Origin: Camelus ferus | Lineage: Eukaryota | Length of the DNA: 64,000 nt | Direction of reading: 5' to 3' | Assembly: GCF_009834535.1 (NCBI RefSeq) | Contig: NC_045707.1 | Location: 46,936,001-47,000,000, forward strand | Shown: positions 52,301-64,000 of the stretch, piece by piece | How positions within the stretch are numbered: the stretch's first letter is position 1 | Layout: each line of letters starts with the position of its first letter | Notes under the pieces: model-generated | The model's input: only the letters and a program-made list of their open reading frames with translations | Told to the model about the DNA's origin: nothing | The model's database searches: none | Made by a program: the position numbers and the translations under genes

Positions 52301-53170
52301 GGAATATTTAATTTAGCACATCCATACTGTGACGGTAAAGCTTCATGAGACATAGCCTCTGAATCCCCAGAGCCTGCCACATAGTAGGGACCCCACCAAT
52401 GTTCGTTAAATCACTCTGGAATTCTATGTGGCAGTTAAAAAAAGAATGAATTCAAATATGATGTGGAAAGATCCCCTAGACATGTTGTTAAGTGAAGAAA
52501 ACAAGGTGAAAACAGGACATACAGGATGATCTCATCGATGTAAAATTAAAACCAGCACAAAAACAAACAAAAAACGTATTTCCCTCCCCTCTCCCCTTCC
52601 CTCTCTCAATGCATAGGCAAGTACATGAGAACACACACACATCAAGCCTTTAAGAATGACTACATTTGAGAAGGAGATGTGGATGGGCAGGGAGAACACC
52701 TTTGAAGGGAGTCTGAATGGTTTTCGTTATAAATTTATTCTCAAATTAATTACATACTTTAATAAAAAAGTTTCCTAAAGGATACATATGCAAAGATGTT
52801 TATGATAGCATCATTTGTAATCATGAAAAGTTGAAAATAACTCCTTAGGAGAATAAATAAATGTTGGCCATGGAACATCATGTAGGTGTAGTAAGATGTG
52901 TTTTTGAAGAAGAGTTGATAGGAAATGACATGGCACATTATTAAGTGAACAACAACAACAACAACAACAAAGATTCCGTAAAAAATATATAGGCTCATTT
53001 TACAAGAAACACTAAAGAAAGTTGTTCAAGCTGAAAGCAAGTGACCCTAGAGAATAATTTGATTACACATGCAAAAAACAAAGAGCACCAGGAAAGGTAA
53101 ATTATGTAGGTAATTACAAGAAAGGATAAATGCATAGAAAATCTAAATAGTCTTACAACAAGTGAGGAAG
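49330..53170 (+). mobile_element. Patchwork of old, highly decayed LINE-1/HAL1-like fragments, interrupted by an LTR at 50094-50597
   Basis: A-rich strand bias with recognisable L1 segments (gagtttatagctgtaaatacatttatcagaaaa; ggctaataaacatgaaaaaatattcaatctcagtagtaat). No intact ORF. Confidence 0.65.
50094..50597 (-). mobile_element. Relatively young ERV solo LTR nested in old L1 sequence
   Basis: Minus strand TG...CA ends, TATAAAA (50268-50274) and AATAAA (50197-50202) in LTR order, a duplicated CCAAT-containing 21-mer, and retained CpGs. TSD not resolved. Confidence 0.7.
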
Positions 53171-53179
53171 TTGAATTCA

Positions 53180-53705
53180 TGTATTGATCATGCCTTTTTA
53201 TTTTCTGTGTTTCTGATACTTTGATATCAGGAGCCTTGCAGACCCCAGAGAGACTGCCCCTCCAGGGTTAACCAATGCCTAGAGATAAAAAAAACCTACT
53301 CACCTTTTAATGTTCGTTTCATATGCAAATTAACAAATCCAAAGGTCACACCACCACCACCACCTCCTCTATTGGGCTCTTATACTCTGGGCAACTATTC
53401 CCCTGCCCTAATCACCCCAGGTCCAGGTAGCAGACTACTAGGAACAACCCTTGTGCCCCAGAACCCGCTGAAATTATTCCAAATAGCTAACCCTAAACTT
53501 GCTTACACTGCCTTCCAAGGAATAAAACAAAAAGCTTCTTGCCAATGTTTTCCCCATGTTCCTTTTGCCTCCTGACTGACCCTGTTGTTTCTCCAGGTGT
53601 GTGGGAACTTGAGACCTGTAACAAACTATCTGTTCGTCGGCAATCATCTCCTGATCTAATGGCCTCCCCATTCCTGAATAATAATAAAGCCTGTGTTTTA
53701 AAACA
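53180..53705 (+). mobile_element. ERV1-class solo LTR (MER39-like) nested in L1
   Basis: tgtattgatcatgcc...ccttgcagaccccagagagactgcccctccagggttaaccaatgcctagagata...aataataaagcctgtgttttaaaaca. Confidence 0.75.
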
Positions 53706-56440
53706 ATTAATAATTTAAAAACTATCCACATAAACGCCTCAGGTGCAGATGACTTCACTAGTGATTTCTACAGGTACTTAAAGAAAAATTAATACCAATT
53801 CTTCACAAACCATTCCCAGAAAAAGAGGAAAAACTTCCCAATTCATTCTGAGGCCAGGATGACTCTGAAACTAAAACCAGAAAACTCTGCAAATGTTTCT
53901 ATTATATAGATGGATGCTTTGACTTACTTAAAATAAAGCATTGTTAAATTCCAAATTTCTATAAAAGCTACTGTGTCTGTAATAAGCTTTCCTATATCTC
54001 TCCTTGTTATTGTTATATTCTATTAATGAAAGGAAAAGGCATGCTGAGTGAAGGCAGAAATGGTTGTGACAATGTTATTTTGGTTTTTCATCCTTCAAAT
54101 GCCAAGGCATGCAATTTGTTTTCCTGTGCAAGCATTACACAAATACAATTGCTTTCAGGAATTCTAAAGCAGCATTTTATTGAGTTTGAAGTACTGAAGG
54201 TAAGGACTAAATGTGGTAATACAGAATTCTTCCTTACGCAGGTATCTTGGAAGTTAATATGTAAGTTGATTTCTAGGTTCTTGTGTATCTGAAAAATAAA
54301 ATTGCAATTTGAGATGAAAAAAAAAGGAGATTACAACAAAATAAAACTACAGACCAATAGTCCTTATGAATACAGACGCAAAAACACAGGAAAGCATTTG
54401 ACAAAATCCAACACTCCATCAATTAAAAAAAAAAAACATTCCACAAACTAGGAATAGAAAGAAACTTTCTCAATCTGATAAAGGGCATCTATGAAAAACC
54501 CACAGGTAACATCATACTTAATGGTGAAAGACTGAATACTTTCTCTCTAAGACTAGGAACAACATAAGGCTATTCACCTCCACCACTGGTACTCAACACT
54601 GAATTTCAATGAATTAGGTAGTTAGGCAAGAAAAGAAATAAAAGGCATTCAGATGAGAAAGGAAGAAGTAAAACTGTCTCTATCTGCAGGTGACAGGACA
54701 TTGTATATAGAAAATCCTGAGTAATCCACTGGGAAAAAAAAAACTACTAGAAATAAAAAACTCAGTGTGGCAAGGTTCTAAGATGTAAGATCAATACATA
54801 AAAATCAATTGTATTTCTATACACTTGCAATGAGCAATCTGAAAATGAAATTAGGAAAATAATTCCATTTATAGGGCATCAAAAGGAATAAAACACGAAG
54901 CAATAAATTTAACAAAGGAAGTGCAAAGTATATACACTGAAAATTACAAAATATTGCTGAAAGAAATTAAAGAAGACCTAGATAAAGGGAAAGACACCCC
55001 ATGTTTGTTGATCAAAAGACTTAATATTGTTTGAATGGCAATAGTCTTTCAATTGGTCCACAGATTCAATGCAATCCCTTTCAAAATCCTAGCTGGCCTC
55101 TTTGCAGAAGTTGACAAGCTGGTCCTAAAATTCATATGAATGTTCAAGAGATCCAGAATAGCCAAAACTATCTTGAAACAGAAGAATGAAGTTGGAAAAC
55201 TTACACTTCCCAAATATGAAACTTAGTACAAAGCTACAGTAAGCAGGACTATGTGGTTTTGGCACAAGGACAGACATACAGATCAACAGAAAAGGGTTGA
55301 AGTCAGAAATAAATCCTCACATTTCTAGTCAACTGATTTTCAACAAGGATGCCCAAAGAATTGGATGGAGGGATAACTAGATATCTGTATGAAAGAAGTA
55401 AGAGCTCTATCTCACACCATTTACAAAAATTAACTGAAAATGGATCAAAAACCTCTTAAATGTAAGAGCTAAAACTGTAAAACCCTTAGAAGAAAACATG
55501 GGTGGAAATTTTCATGATCTTGAATTAAGCAATAATTTCTTAGATATGACACCATAAAGCACAACAACAAAAGAAAAAATAGATAAATTGAACTTCATCA
55601 AGTTTTAACCTTTGTGATTCAAAGGACGCTACTAAGAAAGTGGAAAGACAACTCACAGAATGGGAGAAAATATTTGCAACTCATATATCTGATAAAGGAA
55701 TTGTATCTGAGATACACGAAGAACTTTTACAACTCGATAATAAAAAGACAAATAAACCAATTACAAATAGGCCTAAAAACTGATTAGGCATTTCTCCAAA
55801 GAAAGTATATAAGTGGTCAATAAACACATGAAAAGATGTTATCAACTTCATTAACCATCAAGGTAATGTAAATCAAAACCGCAATAAGATATCACTTCAA
55901 ACCCTACAAGACAGCTATTATCAAAAAGGCAGATAATAACGTGTGGGTGAAGATGTATAGAGTTTGTAACACTAATACTTTGCTGATGAAAATGTAAAAT
56001 GGTGCAGCTGCTTTGGAAAAAATTCTAAAAGTTCCTAAAAATTCTAAAAACTCATAGAGCTGCCATCTAGCCCAGGAATCCTACTCCTCTAAGTATATAC
56101 TCAAGAGAAATGAAACACATGAAGAGGTGTACACAAATGTTCACAGCAGCATTATTCATAATAGCCAAAAAGTGGAAACAACCCAAATGTCCATCAACTG
56201 ATGGACAGATAAATGAAATGTAGTGTATTCATGCAAAGGAATATTATTCAGCAAAAAATTAAAAGGAATGAAGCATTGATATATCCTATAACATGAATGA
56301 CTCTTGAAAATAGTCTAAGTGAAAGAAGCCAGATACAAAGAACCGCAGAACTGGATATTGTATGATTCCATTTATGTGAAATGCCCAGAATAGGCAAATC
56401 TACAGATGAAAAGCGTAGATAAGTGGTTGCCTAGGGATGG
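53706..56440 (+). mobile_element. LINE-1 (L1M-type) ORF2 RT/C-terminal region and 3' UTR, disrupted; split by a ~440-bp insert at 53886-54325
   Basis: gaaagcatttgacaaaatccaaca, aaacccacaggtaacatcatacttaatggtgaaagactgaa and atagccaaaaagtggaaacaacccaaatgtccatcaactga are L1 ORF2 hallmarks. Many stops and frameshifts. Confidence 0.88.
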
Positions 56441-57975
56441 TTCAAAACACAAGGGAGACCAACATTAAGGTTGAGAGAAAGAGGTTCCATAGTACAGGTA
56501 CATATAAGTTACAGGGATGGATCAAAAGCTCTGGTGCTGTTTGGAGAGGCGGGAAGGCCATAGAGGTTTAAAAATGCTTGTGTTGGGTGTTGAAGGATGA
56601 GTAGGAGTTCTCTGGGTAGATGAGGCAGAGAAGGGCATTCTAGGAGGGGAACAGTAGGTTTAGAAACCCTGGTATGTAAAGCACTGGGCCTGCTTGGTAA
56701 TTGTGTGATTACTTAGTATGCCTGGCTTGTAGGGTGTGTTGGTGGGGGTGGAGGAAGGTCGACAAGATAAGGCTGGAGAGATGTGCCATGTTAAGGAGTC
56801 GAGACTTAGTCTGCAAAGGTATGTCTGCATTCAACAGAGGCCAGCATTACCTTAAGAAGCCTTCAAGGAGTACCTTGTTAAGACAAAAAGGAAGTTGTGC
56901 GATAAACAAAAAGAGGCTTGTTTTACTTTAAATACTCTAGAGGAAGACCTAAGCAATGATCTCAAGCCTTGTGCAGAACAGTCTAAAAGCCGGGCTAAGT
57001 ACTCACTCTGGAGTCCATTCTGGGTCCCTCCCATTTCTACAGCCACTTTCATCAGGCCTTTTTCTCTTAGTTACCCAGCACCCTTTATTTGCAGGGCTTT
57101 TAAAAATAATAAAATAAGATTACACCACTGGCTCTGTTAGTCTCATTATTGAGTGATTTCAGATACAGGGTTCGATGCCAGAGGAGTTGAAAGTAACAGA
57201 ACAACTGACCCGGTGGGTCAAATAGTAATGATACAGCATTCTTTTTCATCAAGGAATTCTTAAGCATTTACATAATGTAATGATTTTATTGAAATGTAAC
57301 ACACATACAGAAGAGTACACCACTCATAAGCACACAGCACATTTTCACAAACTGAACATCTCCATACAACCAGCACAGAGTTTAAGAACCCCACACTCCA
57401 GGAACCCTTCTCGCACCCTCACTCCTCACCCCTCTAAGTGTAACCATCACCCTGATTTCTAACACCATAATTTAGTTTTAATGTTGCTTGTTTTTGAACT
57501 TTAGATGAATGCAGAGATGAGCATTACGCAAGTGGGATGAAGCCGACCTCTAAAACTCCTATCACGGTGTGTGGGCAGCATGGGATTTCCACCAGGGACC
57601 GGCCCTCAGTTTCGGTTCATGGTTCCTGGGCATTGTGATGAAGATCTGATCTCACAGACTAGAAACAAAATGACCCCCGAAGCATGAAGCAATCTTGTGA
57701 GCATACCACAGGGATATCGTTTGCCTGGATCCCCATCACTGCGCATGCCCAGCACGGGCCCGCCAGCAGTGCTGGGCATGTACACTGTCTACTCATTATG
57801 GCTGTGGCTGCTCTGCGGACAGTGTTTTCCCACACCTTAGATGAGTCATGAGATGTTTAGAGTAAAATGGTGATGTCTTGACTTTTGTCCTTGCTTTGTT
57901 TCAGCCTGCACGCCAGCAGCTTTCCCCGGTCCACACCAAAAGGTGTTTTAATTAACCCAGAAGACAAGTCCAGTT

Positions 57976-58203
57976 CTTCAAAATTTGTAGATACTGACAG
58001 GCATATGCAGAATAGATAAACAAGATTATACTGTACAGCACAGGGAAATATACCCAAGATCTTGTGGTAGCTCATAGCGAAAAAAAATGTGGCAATGAAT
58101 ATATGTATGTTCATGTTTAATTGAAAAATTGTGCTCTACATTGGAATTTGACACAACATTATAAAATGACTATAACTCAATAAAAAAATGTTTAAAAAAA
58201 AAA
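57976..58203 (+). mobile_element. Short young LINE-1 3' UTR tail
   Basis: tatactgtacagcacagggaaatatacccaagatcttgtggtagctc...gactataactcaataaaaaaatgtttaaaaaaaaaaa. Flanking repeat aagtccag at 57966-57973 and 58204-58211. Confidence 0.82.
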
Positions 58204-59389
58204 AAGTCCAGCTGAATCTGCTTCCAGTCCCCTGTAGGCCCCTACCCTGCACCCTGGTCCTTATTCATTAGCCTGCCAGAGCCAAAGTAGGGAAGCAGGC
58301 AAGATTTGGTTTTGATGTGCTTCCCTGTCCTCTCCAGTTCTAGCCCCTCCCGTTACTCCAGGGACCTCACGCCTCCCACTGGTCCCCAGCGTCCCTCACT
58401 GGAAGCACACACACACCCCTCCCCATCAATAGCCCTCTCACCTCCCATTCTCTCCCAGTTCTGCTGTTACATGATGTTGGGTCAATCCGAGGAATGTCCA
58501 GTGTGGTTTGGTAGAAATAGCACTGAATTTGGGAGTTAAGAGACCTGGTTCTTGTTCTAACGTTATATCAGTTAGGTTAGTTAATTAGTTGAAAGTGATA
58601 GAATTAGACTGAAGCAAAAAAAGAAACAAACAAATCCAGTAATGAATGAGTTGCTACGGGGATCAGGGATTAGATACAGTAATATCAGGGTCTCCAGCGG
58701 TGTCTTTAAGGCAGACTCGTTCTCTTCATGTCTTGGCACTGCTTTCCATGGCTCTCTGCCCATGGTGACAAGGCGGCTGCCAACAGTCCTATCCTCTCAG
58801 CAACCCCAGCAGAGCACATGAACTCCTCTATTCCAGCGTCCAGAAATCACGTCTCGTTAGCTTTGACTGGCCTCCTGGGAACACACGTCCTGATGCTCTG
58901 GTTGGTCAGGCTTCGCTCCCTGGTCATCCTGGATTTGGGAGTAAAGTCAGCACCGCCCAAAACACCAGGACTGAGAGTGGGAAGGACTGGTTTCTCTTAA
59001 GGACTGAGACAGGCCACAGTCTCAGATGTCCTCTTCAGCCGTTAACTAGTCAATCATGAGAACCTGACAGATCTTCCTCACTCTGGGCCTGGTTTCTCAC
59101 CAGCAAAATGAGAGGGGCAGACCCTACAACCTCTGAGGTCCGCTTTACTATAACACTTTACAATTCTACCTCTTTTCTCACGAGAATGCTATGTGGTATT
59201 TCTGCCTCTCAGAGAATAATTCCTTAATCCAACTAAAATGGGGAAGAGTAGAGACATAACCACGTTTGTGATAAGCCACATATGGGGGCGGGGCAAGTCC
59301 CACCCTAGGTGCAGCATCCCTGCCCAGCAACCCCACAGAGAAACGAGCCAGAGTCTGGTGCCAATGGAGAGGGAGGGATGGAATCGGAA

Positions 59390-60030
59390 CCAGCTATTCG
59401 TTCATTAATTCAGCTGACAATTGTTATGCGCTTCCTATATTCTCAAGTCCTGCACGAGGCTCTGGGGATGAACGTGAGCAAGGCACAGCCCCTGCTCTCT
59501 GAGACAATAGTCTCGAGGTAGACACAGACAGGTAAACTGCTGACTGACAATTCAGAATGTCAAGGGCTGTGGCAGGATGATAAGGCAGCTCAGATGAGGG
59601 GCCCCTAACCCAGTGGGAGATAAGATTTAGTGCATGAGACAGAATAGTCAAGGAAGTTGTTTCTAAGAAGGAGATCCTGAACAGGCCCTGGAAAGAGATG
59701 GGAGAATTCAGCTGGTTGAGAAAAGCAGAGACTTTTCTCTGTCATTTACAGAGCATTCACACTGCAGTGAGTTGGCGCTGGCTCAGGGCATTGCTATTTG
59801 TTGCAAATGGCTGTCACTTGGAGTTTAAATGGGGCAGTGGCAAGAGGTAAGGCCAGGCCTGATTGTCAGGGACCAAGAGTATCAAACCAAGAAGCCAGTG
59901 CATGGAGGCACTGGGAAGCCATTGAAGGATTCTGACCAGGAGAGTAACACAACCCCTATCACCTTCACAAAGGATCCACCAGTATTATGTGGCATGAGGG
60001 AGATGTAAGAGCAGTTGTCGTCATGAAGTC
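59390..60030 (-). mobile_element. LINE-2 remnant
   Basis: attcgttcattaattcagc...ggcactgggaagccattgaaggattctgaccaggagagtaac. Confidence 0.65.
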
Positions 60031-61904
60031 TGTAATCATATCACCCTAATGGTAGCAGAAGGACTTCATGCACAGTATGAGACAGCTTGCTTATGCAGTT
60101 TTGTATTGTGTACCTCTGTTTATTCACTTTACCTTGTTCTATGGAGACCACAAAGCTGACTCTTCAGAAAAATGCCTGCAGTAGGGACAAAGACTTCTAA
60201 AAAGCCCATCCCTGGTCCAAAAATGGTTACAGGTGATCTGTAAGTCTCTGCTGAAAATTTGACCACACCTCAAATCTGATTATAAAACAACTTACAATCT
60301 CCGCAGCTCCCAAATATTATTTCAAGGATTGAACAATCCATTGGCCTTAAAGGGGCACCCTTGGGACCCTCAGCTGGCTGTTCAAGGAGCCTCATAGGTC
60401 TGCCTTCTGCAGAGGGAGGAAGTCCTATCTTATACAGAAAATTGCTCTGCACGAAGGAAATCATGGCTCCTGACACCCAGGCTTGAGGGTAGGAGATGAT
60501 TCCTAACGGCATAAGTCGTCAGAGCACCGTGTGTCTGGAGGAAAAGCAGAGATGCATCTGAATACCAGGGCTGCCTTAGACAGGAGAGCAACAAGGAAAA
60601 GTACTAACTGCGCTGTGGGAACAACATCTACCTGATTAAACCCTACTCTAAAGTACAAGTGGCTTCCCGAGTCTGTCATGAATTAATGAATGAATGAAAA
60701 AATGGCTGGTTTCCACAGAATTTTGACACTCTCAGTCCACTAGAAGGACAGCTGATTTTTAATCACGTGAGATAACAGAAACCTTTGCCAAACATCCTGC
60801 AGAACGAGGAATCATTTTTTTAAAAACATACTTGGCTTGGAAGTGCATTCCATTTTTTTGTACTAGCTTTAACTTTCAAGCCCTGGTTCACTGAAGATTA
60901 AGTAGCAATGACAACGACAATGACAATCTCTCCTTGGAGTCTGTCATAATTTTCAAAGCTTGCTTATATCCACTGTCTCATTTGAGCTTCTCAATAACCC
61001 AGCCTGGTGAGTCAACTGGCAAGTGCCTACCTTATAGCCAAGGGGCTGAGGCTCAGAGACGCACCCCAGCTACTTAAGCAGCAGAGCTAGGTCTCAAACC
61101 CAGGCTTCTGACTTGAATCTGGTATTTTTTTTCTAAGAGAGAATGAAAGAAGCCAAAATGAAACCAAAAAAAACTGGGCTGCAGAAAATAAGGCATTGAC
61201 TGCCGAAGATTTACATGAGGACAAGAAATTAATAACAAAGAGGCCATTTTTCATGTGGACTCAAAATGTGAGGGCCTGTTTTTTCCCTATTTGTACAAGA
61301 GCTTTGTTTTGTTTTGTTTTTTAAAGGCCCTTTCTTCTCATTCAAAATGAGAAAATACCTTCTGACAGCCATGCAATTAGCAGAGCCTTCAGATACTGAT
61401 TTCCTCCGTTCCTTGGCATTACCCTTTTTCACGGGGCTCCACACAGGCTCCTGATAGAAAGGGAAGCTGGACTTTCTGAACTGGCCTCTAAAGGAATGGA
61501 GCTGAGTCCCACCACCATGCCTCAGCTGCACCCAAAGCTTTCTCCTCCCTCCTGGGCTACATCTAAGGGCAACCACTGCTTTGAAGGGATTTTAGAAAGG
61601 GGAGCGGTAGCAGGAAAAGGGACTGGGAACATGAAAGGAGAGGGGAATGAGGAGAAAGAAAATTGATCCTTGGATGGAAATCTAACAAATGCTTGTGGGA
61701 AAGTTATATTTCCCTTCGAAGAAAAGAGAGAGGGCGGAGCATAAAACAGAAATTACCAATGATACTACTATCATCGACTCACCGATTCCTTCGTTCATTC
61801 CACAAACACTTCCTGAGATCCGACTGGTACCTGGAACCATAATAGGCTCTGAGAATGCACACAGCTGGCAAAGACCAGTGTAATTCCTATCTTTCTTGAG
61901 AGTA

Positions 61905-62260
61905 CAGTGGTGCAAGTTGTGTTCCCCAGGAAGCTGACTCTAATACAGATCAAAATTCATAAATAGTAATAGAGAGTGCTCTTAGGATTAACCCCCCTGG
62001 AGGGAGGGAAGTAAGCAGGACTGGGTAGAGGATGCAGTCAAAATACAAAGCAGCTTCGAGGGAAGTGTGGGCCAGCCCTACAAGGGGTTCTAACCAGGGA
62101 CAAAGGCTCAGAGCTGTGCCCAGGTGAGCAAGAGGGCGGGCTTTCATACCCCTGTGTAGATCAATCACTGGAAGGGGTGTGGCCCTGGCCGGGCAGCTCT
62201 CTTCAGCTAAGGCAATGCCTCGGGGGCCAGGAGCTGAGGGCCACACTTCTAGCAGCAGGG
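61905..62260 (-). mobile_element. Old ERVL LTR (LTR16-like)
   Basis: gttccccaggaagctgactct...ggagggagggaagtaagcaggactgggtagagg...ggctttcatacccctgtgtagatcaatcactgg. Confidence 0.55.
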
Positions 62261-63369
62261 GAAATAACAGCCTTTAATCCCGAATGTGGATCTAAGTGGC
62301 ACATCAGAGAGGCACATGTAATCTGGAAGAGAGAGAAGACAGCCATAAAATAATCTCAGAAAAATGTGTAATGCACTGAGATTGGTGCTACAAAGGAAGG
62401 GTACATGGTACCCTGAGAGAGTACAACCTAGATTAGGAGGAGGGGTTGGGTCAGGCAGGGGAAGCACACCTGCCAAGCCCCAGATTTGGGAGGGTGTGGG
62501 AAGGACAATAGGTTGGAGAGCTTCTCTGAGGAACAATGGACAGTTCCTGGTTGAGCTCTTGCCACGTGCCAGGTACCATGTTCATGCCGGGCACTTTGGA
62601 TGAATCCTCGAGTTTATGTCACAACAACCCCACCAGATAGGATTGCTCCCAGGCCCTTCTAGTACTTCTTGAGATCAGAGAACAACATTCCTTGGAACCA
62701 TGTGAAGTCAGAAGTGCCGGGCCTGGTGGGCATCAAGTCAAAAGCACAACACACTGATGGGGGCTGAGATCACACTGGCCAGTTCTCTGAGTAGGGAGAG
62801 GAGTTGTAAGGAAAATAGAGAGGCAAGCTGAACTAGGACTCCTTTGTGGAAAATGAAAAAGGAAAGCAAGCAACACAAACTGAAGACCAAAGCAAGTTTT
62901 ACTAAATTTACACATAATAGTATTGATCATTCTAACAAAATTCAGTAACATTTTAGATTTGGTGTACTCCTACACTCATTCAGCAATGCTGCATTTTGAG
63001 AACTGCAGAAATCAAGTAAACTGTGCTAAAACAATAAAATGACTCTCAGGGCAACTAATAGTACATTGTAATGAAAGAGGATTTAAAAAAATATTTTTGG
63101 TAAGCAGTTACGTAGCTGGTTTCTATACCTGATGGGGCAAAATTTGTTGAAATAAGACAACCTGCAAAGCAAAAATCACGTTGTGACAATTTCTGGCTTT
63201 TAATTAGAAGAGGTAGGTATTTGCAAGCAAAATTTGCACAGCATAAGTCCCTACTTGGGTCTTTTCTGGGTCTACTGCAGACCTGTGGTAATGATTGGCT
63301 AGAAGCTCGTTTCTCTAGGACACCTCCCTGGAGAGAATTCATCCCAAACCAACACAGTTGGAGCCCAGA

Positions 63370-63600
63370 AATCTCTGGTTTAAGAAGGCAGGATTGAGGA
63401 AAGCTGCTTTGGTATCAGACCTGGGTTTGTGTCACTTTCAAGCTATGTGACTTCAGTCAAATTACCAAATCCCTACTAAGCCTTAGTCTTTTTGTCTATA
63501 AAATGGAGTAATAACACCAGTCTCACTGGGCTGTGAGAACCCCTGTGAAGCTCTCAAAGTTAAGCAAGTCTCCACGTTTAAAAATGAAACGCTGGGCACA
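63370..63600 (+). mobile_element. MIR SINE
   Basis: cagacctgggtttg...agctatgtgacttcagtcaaattacc...tgtctataaaatggagtaataac. Confidence 0.7.
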
Positions 63601-64000
63601 GGCATTTGTATGAGAAAGCACTGGCTTGTCTTTTTCATCTTTCCAATATTTGCTAGTTTCTCTTTGTAACTAGAGAGCAAATTCAGGTTCAGAACCTCTG
63701 TTCTGCTGACATTGTATTTGTTCTTATTGGATATTTTCTATTTATGGTAAATGATATTGGATTTCCACTCAACAGAGACATACAGTTCATTTTATTTAAG
63801 GGAAAAGTGAGTTATTGAAAGGAAAAACTCAAGTTAATAGTGATTCAGAGAGAATTATGAAGGTGACACACAATGGTGTGTGTGGCACCAGTCTGGGGAA
63901 AGAAGATGTGAAGAAGATGGCTGGGTGGCTGCACTGGGAAAGGTACTGCATTTCAGCACGATGCTCCCACCGGCCTCTATCCTGAAGGTTTTTTGTTTTT

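Overview
Mammalian genomic DNA, probably a camelid (alpaca/llama/camel), inferred from three tRNA-Ala-derived Vic-1-type SINEs. The only protein-coding gene I can support is the 5' end of CRADD (RAIDD, the caspase-2/PIDDosome adaptor) on the minus strand. It has a CpG-island promoter with a short non-coding first exon (~24755-24850), a ~1.3-kb intron 1, and coding exon 2 (23131-23434, ATG at 23428) encoding the CARD. Positions 1-23130 are intron 2, and the death-domain exon lies outside the window. The ~39 kb upstream (25000-64000) is intergenic; in other mammals this side faces SOCS2, which is not seen here. The rest is mostly interspersed repeats (L1, L2, MIR, MaLR/ERV LTRs, hAT MITEs), many nested and with readable target-site duplications (TSDs). 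The most notable observations are a tandem ETS/YY1/THAP-type composite motif array at the CRADD promoter, a tailless 3'-truncated 7SK retrocopy with a 16-bp TSD inside a MIR, and an orphan ~440-bp polyadenylated insert splitting an L1. I found no convincing evidence for a wholly new biological system. Almost all ORF-track entries are spurious or derived from repeats. Repeat family names come from recalled consensus sequences, and boundaries without TSDs are approximate.
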